From Escherichia phage DCP548, in sequence record PQ671645.1: a stretch of DNA of 64,000 nucleotides; one strand, 5' to 3'. Below are positions 9,915 through 18,550 of this stretch, piece after piece. A program made the translations under genes and the position numbers. How positions within the stretch are numbered: the first letter of the stretch is position 1; each line of letters starts with the position of its first letter. The notes beneath the pieces were generated by a model that was not told the origin of the DNA, ran no database searches, and saw only the letters and a program-made list of their open reading frames with translations.

Positions 9915-11603
9915 TTATGAAACAGTCATTACCGTAAATCGTCCAACTTTGCTCATTTGAAGATGTTGTCCATAAGCTTGTGGGTCATGGTCTCTATGAC
10001 TAATTATAAACACGTTTGCATCGGTTAGAGAGTTAAGAATTGTTGAAATAGCTTTAATACCTTCAGAATCAGTCGCGGAATCCATGACTTCGTCCATAAT
10101 TAATGTATTGATTCTAACACCAGAGACCTTTTCAGCAATATCTCGCCATGTAAACAACAATGCGATATCGATACGTGCCTTTTCACCTTGACTAAATGAA
10201 GCATAACTGAACTCTTCACGGCCACGTGATTTTATAGATTCATTGAATTCTTCGTCAATAGAAAACACGTAATCAGCTTCCATGATTTTAAGATAATGGT
10301 TAATCTGCTTGTTGAACAGAGGCACATATTTTTTAATGATAGCACCTTTAATACCAGAATCTTTTAACATATCTGTGATAATACCACGATGGTATTTTTC
10401 AAGAACGATATCAGATTTTGTTTTAATGATTTTATCAAGTTCTTTTTGAAGCAAAGCTATCTCATCAGCATGGTCGATAAATTCAGCTGAGGCTTGTTCT
10501 ATTGCAGCTTTAACTTTCTTAGCTTTATCAATAGTGGCAATCATTGCTTGTTTCTTGGTACGAATATCAGATGCAAGGTCCTGTTTAGTCTTAACATTAG
10601 CTCTATATTCGTCCACTAGGACACTCAGATTATCTCTGTGACATGTAAGTTGCTCGAATGAGTGATTACATTCATGAAGCTTATCGGTAATCTTAGAGAC
10701 AATAGGATCACCCTGGTGCAACTGCGATGCACAAGTAGGACATGTACCACCATCATGATACATCTTAATAACTTTGTTATACGAGTCGATTTTAGATTTA
10801 ATCAAGAATGCTTCTTGTCCTATCTTGTTGAATGCCTCAGTAGGGTCTTCGTCAAGAACGATATTAAGTAGTCGCTCATTAGCTTCTTCGATTTCTGCTT
10901 TTAATGAACGAGCTTCTTTGGCTAGGTCGTCATACATATTCTGTAGACGCGCTACATTATCACCAGATAATTTCTTTTGACGTTCGATATTCTCGTTATA
11001 AATCTTAATTTGTTGGATAACACCATCTTTCTTGGCATCGAGAACTTGTCCCTGTGAATTAAGTTCTCGAACTTGAGACTTATTGATTTTATCCATTTCA
11101 GCGAGTGTGCCAACTTCTAAAAGGTCTTCGACAAGTTTTCTGCGAGCAGGGGTGCTAAGAGCCATGAAAGGGGTATACCCTGCCGTCCCAAGCACAACGA
11201 TTTGTTTAAAAGACGCGTATGACATTCCGATGCTACGTTCAAATTCTTCTTGGAAGTCACGACTGCTGGCAGATTCATCAAGACGAACACCGTCAACGGA
11301 GATTTCGAAAATATTGGGCTTTTGGCCACGTTTAATGAAGTATTTTTTACCATCGAATTCCATCCAAAGCTCAACTAAGAGCTCTTTCTTGTTCGTGCTA
11401 TTAATGATTTGCCCTTTCTTAACATCACGAAATGGTTTACCGAAAAGTCCGAAAGTAATGGCTTCTAACATCGTAGATTTACCACCACCATTTTTACCAG
11501 TGATTAATGTCTTTTGGACTTTATCTAATTGGATGTCAATAGGATTCCCACCTACCGACATGATGTTTTGATAACGAACACGATTTAATTTAAATGATTT
11601 CAT
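9915..11603 (-). CDS. 46: Recombination endonuclease subunit (SbcC/Rad50-like ATPase)
   Basis: 562 aa; Walker A GKNGGGKST, long coiled coil, C-terminal Walker B/D-loop (LIMDEV). Confidence 0.92.
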   Translation of the reverse strand: MKSFKLNRVRYQNIMSVGGNPIDIQLDKVQKTLITGKNGGGKSTMLEAITFGLFGKPFRDVKKGQIINSTNKKELLVELWMEFDGKKYFIKRGQKPNIFEISVDGVRLDESASSRDFQEEFERSIGMSYASFKQIVVLGTAGYTPFMALSTPARRKLVEDLLEVGTLAEMDKINKSQVRELNSQGQVLDAKKDGVIQQIKIYNENIERQKKLSGDNVARLQNMYDDLAKEARSLKAEIEEANERLLNIVLDEDPTEAFNKIGQEAFLIKSKIDSYNKVIKMYHDGGTCPTCASQLHQGDPIVSKITDKLHECNHSFEQLTCHRDNLSVLVDEYRANVKTKQDLASDIRTKKQAMIATIDKAKKVKAAIEQASAEFIDHADEIALLQKELDKIIKTKSDIVLEKYHRGIITDMLKDSGIKGAIIKKYVPLFNKQINHYLKIMEADYVFSIDEEFNESIKSRGREEFSYASFSQGEKARIDIALLFTWRDIAEKVSGVRINTLIMDEVMDSATDSEGIKAISTILNSLTDANVFIISHRDHDPQAYGQHLQMSKVGRFTVMTVS

Positions 11604-11866
11604 ATGTATTCTCTTCGAATGAAGTCCTCTACATATTTTAACATGTCATCTCTATCAGCAAAATATTCATCTAGTTCTGCATACATAACAACACCTGGTG
11701 CGTACTCACAGGTAACATACATTGTTCCAAAGAAACGAGGAGTTGATTCCTCGTAATTCTCAGTCCATTCAACGACACCAATATAACCGTCACCAATACT
11801 AAATTCATGACGATGGATTTCATAATCAGTTTTCGTCATTATACGCATCCTTGATACATGCTTCAA
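11600..11866 (-). CDS. Hypothetical protein (46.1 position)
   Basis: 88 aa; stop overlaps the gp46 start. Confidence 0.4.
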   Translation of the reverse strand: MKHVSRMRIMTKTDYEIHRHEFSIGDGYIGVVEWTENYEESTPRFFGTMYVTCEYAPGVVMYAELDEYFADRDDMLKYVEDFIRREYI

Positions 11867-12083
11867 CCATTTTAAGAATAGAGCCAGGAGTATCGTTGTC
11901 CATTATATTAAAGCTAAATTCAATAGCCCAGTCGGTGCAGACATGAACTGCTTTAACTTCATTGCCTTCAACGCGTAATGGCTCAATCCAATACTTGATA
12001 GTGTTCTCGAATCCATCATCATCTTTAACGTCCATTTCAACTTCAAGCCTGAGTCCAGCATTGTTAAATTCATCTAAAGTCAT
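11826..12083 (-). CDS. Hypothetical protein (46.2 position)
   Basis: 85 aa ORF. Confidence 0.4.
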   Translation of the reverse strand: MTLDEFNNAGLRLEVEMDVKDDDGFENTIKYWIEPLRVEGNEVKAVHVCTDWAIEFSFNIMDNDTPGSILKMVEACIKDAYNDEN

Positions 12084-13099
12084 TGTGTTGCCTCAATATA
12101 AAGTTCGTTGGAATATTTGACCAGCGCTTCTCTGTCTTCGTCTGAGATATCTGGAATCGCGTCAATATATTCTTTAATGATATCTTGAAGTGATTTAATC
12201 TCGATTTCCTGGTCGTCATCAGATTCAACACTGTTATCAACTTTAGAAACCATACGAAGAGAGTGAACTACTTTTTCAAGTTCAGATTCAAACTTAGTCA
12301 ACTCTGAATCAATTTCTGATACTATAACACGTACGGCTAGATTAGTATAATCAGAATAATTGATTTTGCCTTTAAACGGATAAGTGATTCGTCGATGCCA
12401 TGTTGTTTCATTAGGAATAAATTCCATACGTTCAACATCGGTGTCAAATACCCAGAATCCGCGCGGGTCGTTTTCATCACCTGCAGTAAGGGTCCATGGT
12501 GTCCCAATATATTTGACGTTAGCAGCTTCAGAGATTGTGTGGAAGTGGCCAGACCAGACTTGTTTATAGGTCTTTAAGAAATCAGGTTCAAGCCCATGAG
12601 ACTTCATTCCTTTATAGAAATAAAAACCATTCAGTTCCCAGTGCCCAACACAAAAAGAAGCAGATGAAGTTTTGATATGTTCAAGAATTTCACCAGTATT
12701 TTCTTCGCACATCCAAGGAATTAAATCAATCAAACATCCGTCAAAATCTACTGTAGTAGGCTTATCGTATACTTTAACATTAGGATATTTAGCTAAAAGC
12801 TCAGTAGAAGCGTTTGGAGTTAAAGTATTTTTAAAGTGCATATCATGGTTTCCTACAACAGTATGTAGGGTAATACCAGCATCATCAAGCATTTGAACTA
12901 TTTCACGTGCGAACTCCATAGTTTTATGCGTGATTGCTTTTCGCACATCAAAAATATCGCCGTATTGAATCCATGTAGTAATTCCATTTTTCTTAGAATA
13001 TTCTATCGCCTGCTTAATTCCATCCAACTGAATGGATTGAACCCACTCATCATCGGCTTTAACACCTAAATGCCAATCACCTAAATTTAAAATTTTCAT
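12080..13099 (-). CDS. 47: Recombination endonuclease subunit (SbcD/Mre11-like phosphoesterase)
   Basis: 339 aa; calcineurin-like motifs (LGDWH, GDIFD, GNHD). Confidence 0.92.
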   Translation of the reverse strand: MKILNLGDWHLGVKADDEWVQSIQLDGIKQAIEYSKKNGITTWIQYGDIFDVRKAITHKTMEFAREIVQMLDDAGITLHTVVGNHDMHFKNTLTPNASTELLAKYPNVKVYDKPTTVDFDGCLIDLIPWMCEENTGEILEHIKTSSASFCVGHWELNGFYFYKGMKSHGLEPDFLKTYKQVWSGHFHTISEAANVKYIGTPWTLTAGDENDPRGFWVFDTDVERMEFIPNETTWHRRITYPFKGKINYSDYTNLAVRVIVSEIDSELTKFESELEKVVHSLRMVSKVDNSVESDDDQEIEIKSLQDIIKEYIDAIPDISDEDREALVKYSNELYIEATQ

Positions 13100-13143
13100 A
13101 TTATTTCCTCATTAGTTAATTCATTCTATCATCCGTTTATAAA

Positions 13144-13171
13144 GCAAAAAAAGGAACTCCGAAGAGTTCCT
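13144..13171 (-). terminator. Rho-independent terminator (8-bp stem, UUCG loop, U-run) on the minus strand
   Basis: Minus strand aggaactc-TTCG-gagttcct followed by ttttttt. Confidence 0.6.
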
Positions 13172-13343
13172 ATCCACATAGTACACCGTACAGAGGCTCA
13201 TTTGAACTTTTAAATCGAATGGGCTTGTATGTAATAGTTCCTTCGGCTTTAGCTTTATCATAAGACTCTTTAAAACGTCTCATTCTTTCTGCTTTGCCTT
13301 TACGGATTTTATCGAAATTTTCAGAAGTCGGGATGTTCGTCAT
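13170..13343 (-). CDS. Hypothetical small basic protein (57 aa, below the ORF-track cutoff)
   Basis: ATG-initiated ORF read by hand (MTNIPTSENFDKIRKGK...); ends at the terminator hairpin. Confidence 0.3.
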   Translation of the reverse strand: MTNIPTSENFDKIRKGKAERMRRFKESYDKAKAEGTITYKPIRFKSSNEPLYGVLCG

Positions 13344-13382
13344 GCATAAGCACCTCTCAGAAAATGCCTAAATCGATTTCTC

Positions 13383-13604
13383 TCATCGTTTCCACCATTT
13401 CTTAACTTGAAATGAATCGACCCACACGAGTTGTTTTGGGTCTGCCTTTACAATAGGCGGACAAATTTCTGTAATAGAACCGTCGTGATATTCCTTTTCG
13501 GAAATTTTAACACAAAGAGGACCTCCCAATTTAAGGGTGAATCCTGCGTTCAGATTAAGACGTTTAAACTTTGTTTGAACTAGCGCCATTAATGATGTCC
13601 TCAA
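13383..13604 (-). CDS. Hypothetical protein
   Basis: 73 aa ORF; start uncertain. Confidence 0.3.
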   Translation of the reverse strand: MRTSLMALVQTKFKRLNLNAGFTLKLGGPLCVKISEKEYHDGSITEICPPIVKADPKQLVWVDSFQVKKWWKR

Positions 13605-13887
13605 TAGCCTGACGAGTAGTAACCCACTGGATTTTAATTAACTTGTCATTATATGGTTGTCGTAGAATATCCCGAGATTTCTTAATAGCATATTCGTAAG
13701 CTTCGAAGTTGTTTTGAATTGCTGCTTCTTGAGCATGAGCATAAAGACGGTTTAGCTCAAAACGATTCTTTTTAAGAATCTTTTCGGATTTTTTACGTGC
13801 TTCAGCTTCATTTTTCTTTTGGATTTCTTGTAGCATTTTAGCTACTGCATCTTCTGCTTCTTTATTTTCAATAATCTCGGTAGTCAT
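13564..13887 (-). CDS. Hypothetical protein
   Basis: 107 aa charged helical ORF in the interval where T4 carries a-gt. Confidence 0.4.
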   Translation of the reverse strand: MTTEIIENKEAEDAVAKMLQEIQKKNEAEARKKSEKILKKNRFELNRLYAHAQEAAIQNNFEAYEYAIKKSRDILRQPYNDKLIKIQWVTTRQAIEDIINGASSNKV

Positions 13888-13888
13888 A

Positions 13889-14104
13889 TTATCTCATTAA
13901 ATTAAAATAAAAACGTCCATCCTCTTCAATACAGAACTCATACTCAACCGGAGTCCCATTTATCGAAAATGACACGTCATGTGGGTTCAAAGGGTCGATG
14001 TCAAAATTAATTTTAAATTCACGACCCAACAGTTTTACCAAATAAGGGATTGCTTCGTCAAAAGGTTCTTCTAAGTAGTTAGAGATGTCAATTGTCATCC
14101 TCAT
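13889..14104 (-). CDS. Hypothetical small protein
   Basis: ORF 13889..14182 trimmed to the internal Met because it overlaps gene 55. Confidence 0.3.
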   Translation of the reverse strand: MRMTIDISNYLEEPFDEAIPYLVKLLGREFKINFDIDPLNPHDVSFSINGTPVEYEFCIEEDGRFYFNLMR

Positions 14105-14645
14105 ATAAAAAATCCAAACTAGGCGAATCGCTAACAACTTCCTTCTTTTCAGCCCCAGGAGCTTTATAAGCGGATTCTTCATAATGCGTCATTTTATCGT
14201 AGATGTCTTGAATAAACGTTTCATCTACCAACGCTACCATATCATCGTCATGACTGTCGTAGACGTTATGAACGAAGTAACTATATTTCTTTGCAACTTC
14301 CTTACGCTCTTTTTTGATACGTTGGACAAAAGCATTAAAACAAGCTCGAGTTATGTATGCATGTGGGTTATTGTACTTAGTTTCGTCGAAATTATGAAGT
14401 CCCTTAATAGAGGCTTCAATCCCATCTGCAATCATCTCCTGCTTCCAAGACTGGGTATATCCTGAAAAGTTGAAACGTTTGGACAGGCCTTCGGCGATAA
14501 GCATAATTGCTAAACCGATGGTATCATTCTGACGAATAATTTTGTTTGGGTCTTTATTATTTAAGAGCTCCTTTTTCCACTCGATTATAGCGGCGAGAAG
14601 CTCTTTATTATTCACATAGTTATTTTTAGGTTTTTGTTCAGTCAT
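14088..14645 (-). CDS. 55: Late-transcription sigma factor
   Basis: 185 aa; near-identical to remembered T4 gp55 ([52 protein letters not shown]). Confidence 0.95.
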   Translation of the reverse strand: MTEQKPKNNYVNNKELLAAIIEWKKELLNNKDPNKIIRQNDTIGLAIMLIAEGLSKRFNFSGYTQSWKQEMIADGIEASIKGLHNFDETKYNNPHAYITRACFNAFVQRIKKERKEVAKKYSYFVHNVYDSHDDDMVALVDETFIQDIYDKMTHYEESAYKAPGAEKKEVVSDSPSLDFLYEDDN

Positions 14646-14717
14646 AAGTACCTCTTAGCTCAATTCATAGGTCTATTATATCATAATATTTAGAGACCTA
14701 TCTTAAAGCACGAGATA

Positions 14718-14987
14718 CTATCGGAGCAAACAATAAGCCTGAAACACTTTTTCCATTAAACGTTTGAACTCATGGATATCGATATAAAGCTCAGTAAGAC
14801 CGGCATTATAAAGAAAATCTAAAAAGTTCTCATGTGTTTCGTTATAGTCGCCTTCGTTTAATTGAGATACATGAGTTTCCCAAAAACCAACACCTTTAAC
14901 GAATGGAAAATACGTGACTTTCATATATTCGTCAACATAAAATTCGCCCAGCTTTTCTTCAGTTATACTGATTCGAGTTAATTTCAT
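14718..14987 (-). CDS. Hypothetical protein (55.x region)
   Basis: 89 aa ORF. Confidence 0.35.
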   Translation of the reverse strand: MKLTRISITEEKLGEFYVDEYMKVTYFPFVKGVGFWETHVSQLNEGDYNETHENFLDFLYNAGLTELYIDIHEFKRLMEKVFQAYCLLR

Positions 14988-15211
14988 TCTAGTTCCTTTG
15001 CTGCTTCAAGAGCATCATCCAACGAATCAAATTGGTCAACGAAATCGATATTCAACGCATCGTCAGCCGTAGCATATAGCCACCATTGTTTGAATTCATA
15101 TTCTAGGATAAATCCAAGCCCTTCAATCTGAGAAAGACCTAGACTATTTGTACCAACTTCATAACCAGCTAGACGCAGGTCATTAATCAAAGTTTCTGTT
15201 AATACGCTCAT
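14984..15211 (-). CDS. Hypothetical protein
   Basis: 75 aa acidic ORF. Confidence 0.35.
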   Translation of the reverse strand: MSVLTETLINDLRLAGYEVGTNSLGLSQIEGLGFILEYEFKQWWLYATADDALNIDFVDQFDSLDDALEAAKELE

Positions 15212-15540
15212 TTTACCGCCTTAACAATTTTCAGGTCAACGAATTTTTTCTTACGTTGATTTTTCATACGACGGATAGTCTTTTCAGAGATTTCATGTTT
15301 CTGATAAGCTTTAGATTCAACACCAAATGCAGCAACGTCAAATTCAGAAAGAATATATTGTACTAGAATTTCACGAATAGAATTACGTCCAATTTTCTGG
15401 TCGTGTTTTTGCATAATTTCATAAAGACGGAATTCCCACGCGTCAAGGACTTGAGGAGTAACAATATTGCCGGATTCCAGAAGAGCAACAACTTTATCGA
15501 AAGCGAAAGAATTAACTACGTTTTTGATTTTAGTAGACAT
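15208..15540 (-). CDS. Hypothetical protein
   Basis: Start moved to the ATG with GAGGA SD (MSTKIKNVV...); the track start is an upstream extension. Confidence 0.4.
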   Translation of the reverse strand: MSTKIKNVVNSFAFDKVVALLESGNIVTPQVLDAWEFRLYEIMQKHDQKIGRNSIREILVQYILSEFDVAAFGVESKAYQKHEISEKTIRRMKNQRKKKFVDLKIVKAVK

Positions 15541-15557
15541 ATTATTTTCCTCGGTTA

Positions 15558-15605
15558 TTTTATTATCCAATGAGAGAATTATACTCTGCTCTCAAGAGTT
15601 TATAT
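15558..15605 (-). promoter_or_regulatory. Early sigma70-type promoter (A-rich UP, -35 TTTATA, 17-bp spacer, -10 TATAAT) with an inverted repeat flanking the -10
   Basis: Minus strand TTTATAaactcttgagagcagagTATAATtctctcattgg; about 40 nt nearly identical to 46262-46302. Confidence 0.5.
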
Positions 15606-15606
15606 A

Positions 15607-15846
15607 CTATTTTTTAAGCATGAAAAGTAAGTAATTTGTATCACGTGGAGTAATATCAACACCCATATCAAAGATGCCTTTATAGATTGGGTATTTATTT
15701 TCGGTTGTATCGAAGCTGAAACTATTTCCATCACAACTAACAGTAATAGCATCTGTTAAAATGTCATACTCAATCCTAACAATTGAATCCCCAATTTTAA
15801 CGTCGAGGTGTTTTTTGAATTTGATAAAATCTAATTCTTGGGCCAT
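15607..15846 (-). CDS. Hypothetical protein
   Basis: 79 aa ORF. Confidence 0.35.
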   Translation of the reverse strand: MAQELDFIKFKKHLDVKIGDSIVRIEYDILTDAITVSCDGNSFSFDTTENKYPIYKGIFDMGVDITPRDTNYLLFMLKK

Positions 15847-15911
15847 GATATTTTCCTCATTTTAAGACGATAGGAAGATAATAACATTCGTCTTCCTATC
15901 GTTGTATATTA

Positions 15912-16124
15912 TTAACCGAACTTTTTAGCGCCTTTCCAGCCTTCGTACATAGTTGCGCAAGTCAATAGCACAGCATGTTGACATTCTTTGTATTTGTAAA
16001 TCCAGAACCAACGTAAAAAGTCTTCATCCTCAACGCCGTTGAGTTTCATATTGGCAAAGAATTCGGCACGTTCTTCACGAAGTTGCCATGACACAATATT
16101 TTCAGGATTCATTTTGTGTTCCAC
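15912..16124 (-). CDS. Hypothetical protein
   Basis: 70 aa ORF. Confidence 0.35.
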   Translation of the reverse strand: MEHKMNPENIVSWQLREERAEFFANMKLNGVEDEDFLRWFWIYKYKECQHAVLLTCATMYEGWKGAKKFG

Positions 16125-16336
16125 GTCCCATTTTCATCGATGAACTTAATCCAGTCATTTACAGACCATTTAGTTGTATCACCCTTTGGATTAACATTTA
16201 AAGTATATAATCCCTGCTTAAAAAGCATTCGTTTGATATTCATAATTTCCTCAACTGTAACGATAACATTCGTTAGCTTTACGTTTGGCTTCAGTATGAG
16301 AAGTATTATAATCATAATCTTCTTTACTGTAAACAT
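16109..16336 (-). CDS. Hypothetical protein
   Basis: 75 aa ORF; the true start is probably the internal Met. Confidence 0.3.
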   Translation of the reverse strand: MFTVKKIMIIILLILKPNVKLTNVIVTVEEIMNIKRMLFKQGLYTLNVNPKGDTTKWSVNDWIKFIDENGTWNTK

Positions 16337-16571
16337 CTTTTTTCAACTTACGAACTTCTTTGCGAAGTTGTCGATTCATTTCGTTCTTGACTTCGGAATC
16401 AACGCCTTTCATACGTTTCCATTTATCTGAGCGGAAAATGTTTTCAACCATGTCTTTGTGGCTAACACCGTCAGGAGCTTTACGTTTACCAAAATAGTCG
16501 TAATCACGAACTTTCAAATCTTTACGACGATACGTTTTACCCATAAGTACCTCAGAGGTTGATTGATACAA
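16251..16571 (-). CDS. Hypothetical basic protein
   Basis: 106 aa, K/R-rich. Confidence 0.35.
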   Translation of the reverse strand: MYQSTSEVLMGKTYRRKDLKVRDYDYFGKRKAPDGVSHKDMVENIFRSDKWKRMKGVDSEVKNEMNRQLRKEVRKLKKDVYSKEDYDYNTSHTEAKRKANECYRYS

Positions 16572-16800
16572 TGCGTTTGATAAAATTCACTTCACTTACT
16601 GAAAGGTCTTTAAGACCGATTGATTCTAAACGCTGAGTAAGCGTCAACATTGGGATATAGTCCCAATGTGTTTTAGACGTTTGATAAGTATGGACGCCAT
16701 TAGCAATTTCAACATGCAAATCGGAAATGGTAACGAATACTGGACGCTCATCATTAACTTTAAGGGTTAGAACAACTTTCTTTGAATCTAAACTAATCAT
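16552..16800 (-). CDS. Hypothetical protein
   Basis: 82 aa ORF. Confidence 0.35.
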   Translation of the reverse strand: MISLDSKKVVLTLKVNDERPVFVTISDLHVEIANGVHTYQTSKTHWDYIPMLTLTQRLESIGLKDLSVSEVNFIKRIVSINL

Positions 16801-17099
16801 GGCTTAATTTCCTTCGCAATTGAACAGAAGATACCACGGTCACAAAGCATTTCACCAATTTCTGGATATTTGATCGAACGGTACCAAACATCCAGGCTTG
16901 AAACTCTGGTTATCTGTACTGCATTACCATTGACAGAATAGTACTGGTCAACCTTAATTTCTTTATCTTCAATTGTCATTTTATTTTCCTCTATAGTGGA
17001 TGGTTTAATCTTAACACATCTATTGAGGATGTAAACTGTTTTATGAAAATATTTTCGATTTGAGAGGGGCACAAGGAGATAGTGAAGTGAAGATTCCAA
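16797..17099 (-). CDS. Hypothetical protein
   Basis: 100 aa ORF. Confidence 0.35.
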   Translation of the reverse strand: MESSLHYLLVPLSNRKYFHKTVYILNRCVKIKPSTIEENKMTIEDKEIKVDQYYSVNGNAVQITRVSSLDVWYRSIKYPEIGEMLCDRGIFCSIAKEIKP

Positions 17100-17144
17100 T
17101 GGATTATATTAGAAATGAGATAAAGAAGACCAGGCGGCACCTGG

Positions 17145-17468
17145 TCAATCTTCTATGATATCGGAGTCATATCCTAATGAAATCAAGGACTTTTTAAACT
17201 CTGCAATATTCTTTTGTTTCTTATCATTTAAAAATATGACAGGATAACGAATATTAAGTGAAGTGAATCCTGCACGTTTAGCAAGAGATACGATTAAAGG
17301 ACGGTCATATTCAATCTTACCATTATTAGTGAGGACTTTATAAAATGTATAAGGAGCATTGAGCTCCTTTAAAAGTTTTGTAACAGTATAACATCCCGGA
17401 CAACGTCCTACTTCTTCAGGGATGCCATAAATTTCAATCTTGTTCTTTAAGTTCGAGTTTTGTTCCAC
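17145..17468 (-). CDS. nrdH: Glutaredoxin-like protein (NrdH-like)
   Basis: CPGC redox motif in a glutaredoxin-sized domain. The track ORF extends upstream into the neighbouring gene; the likely start is a GTG at 17468 with an AAGGA SD. Confidence 0.55.
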   Translation of the reverse strand: MEQNSNLKNKIEIYGIPEEVGRCPGCYTVTKLLKELNAPYTFYKVLTNNGKIEYDRPLIVSLAKRAGFTSLNIRYPVIFLNDKKQKNIAEFKKSLISLGYDSDIIED

Positions 17469-17751
17469 GAGAAATAATTCCTTGGTAAGCCCAATAAGGA
17501 GGATTAACAGAATCCTCGCCAGAGTTTTCTTCAGGAAAATAAACCTGGATAACAAATCCAGATTCATCAAAGGTAAAATAAACTGTAGGCAGTTCACCTA
17601 ACAATTCGGCACGAGCATTAATTTCTTCGAGATCTCGTTCACGTCCAGCCCAAAAACTAGGATTTAGATTACATTCGTAAAAATAATAGTCATTACCGAA
17701 CATATCAAAACCTTTCCAACTCTCTACCACATACCGCTCAAAACTAATCAT
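17434..17751 (-). CDS. Hypothetical protein
   Basis: 105 aa ORF. Confidence 0.4.
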   Translation of the reverse strand: MISFERYVVESWKGFDMFGNDYYFYECNLNPSFWAGRERDLEEINARAELLGELPTVYFTFDESGFVIQVYFPEENSGEDSVNPPYWAYQGIISRGTKLELKEQD

Positions 17752-17753
17752 AA

Positions 17754-17969
17754 TTAAGCCTTTTTATCAAGAACAGAATTCAGTTTATTAGTAATTTTGT
17801 CCAAACGTTCATTGAATTCGCTGGAGGATAAACCCTTTTCCGGAGAAATTAAACTAATCAAGAAAAATACAACAGTAAAAGGAATAAGAAAAATAGCTCC
17901 AACTGCCATAAACAAAAAGAACGTTACAGTTGTAAGAAAATCAGCTAAACCTTTACGAAATTTATACAT
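17754..17969 (-). CDS. Small membrane protein
   Basis: 71 aa with one long hydrophobic segment. Confidence 0.4.
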   Translation of the reverse strand: MYKFRKGLADFLTTVTFFLFMAVGAIFLIPFTVVFFLISLISPEKGLSSSEFNERLDKITNKLNSVLDKKA

Positions 17970-18079
17970 ATTTACCCTTAATTAACTAAGCATTGATAAA
18001 CACCAAACTATACTGCGAATAAAATTCTGGACCAAAACGAAAAATCATATCATTTATAGTATCCATAATGTAATTCAAT

Positions 18080-18550
18080 TTAATCATGTTTCCACACCCC
18101 ATCGGTATTTGACCAAAGTCGCTGATTATCTGATCCTCGCCACAGTTTTTTGGTCGGAAGATTTTTCTCATACTTCCCATCAATAATAACATCAACATAT
18201 TTAAGCATTTCTAGTTGTTTAATATCTTCAAACTTATATCCTGTCCACAACCAAATGCTTTTATTGGGATAAAGATTTTTTACTGTTTGAGCAATGCAAT
18301 GAACAACATCTCTGTTATCGGGATAGAGAGGGTCTCCTCCAGTTATAGTTAATCCTTCTATATAATCATTATTCAAACATTCAATTAATTGCTCTAGTGT
18401 TTCACCCGTGAATGGAATACCATTTCTAGCGTTCCATGTTGATTTATTATAACACCCTTCGCATTTATGCAAACAACCTGTAACGAAAAGAACGACCCTG
18501 CAACCAGGGCCATTCACAAAATCGCAAGGATAAAATCTATCATAATTCAT
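18080..18550 (-). CDS. nrdG: Anaerobic ribonucleotide reductase activating protein (radical SAM)
   Basis: 156 aa; CxxxCxxC cluster (GCLHKCEGC); T4 NrdG-like. Confidence 0.92.
   Translation of the reverse strand: MNYDRFYPCDFVNGPGCRVVLFVTGCLHKCEGCYNKSTWNARNGIPFTGETLEQLIECLNNDYIEGLTITGGDPLYPDNRDVVHCIAQTVKNLYPNKSIWLWTGYKFEDIKQLEMLKYVDVIIDGKYEKNLPTKKLWRGSDNQRLWSNTDGVWKHD

Noticed and set aside
11083-11571. 162-aa plus-strand ORF inside gene 46
   Set aside because: Antisense to a well-supported core gene; Ser/Leu-rich translation typical of a reverse-frame artefact.
17469-17597. N-terminal 43 codons of the track ORF 17145..17597
   Set aside because: This hydrophobic extension overlaps the upstream gene 17434..17751 in another frame; the glutaredoxin domain starts after it, so the start was placed at the GTG at 17468.
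17986-18198. 70-aa minus-strand ORF
   Set aside because: Lies within nrdG in a different frame; nrdG is strongly supported by sequence.
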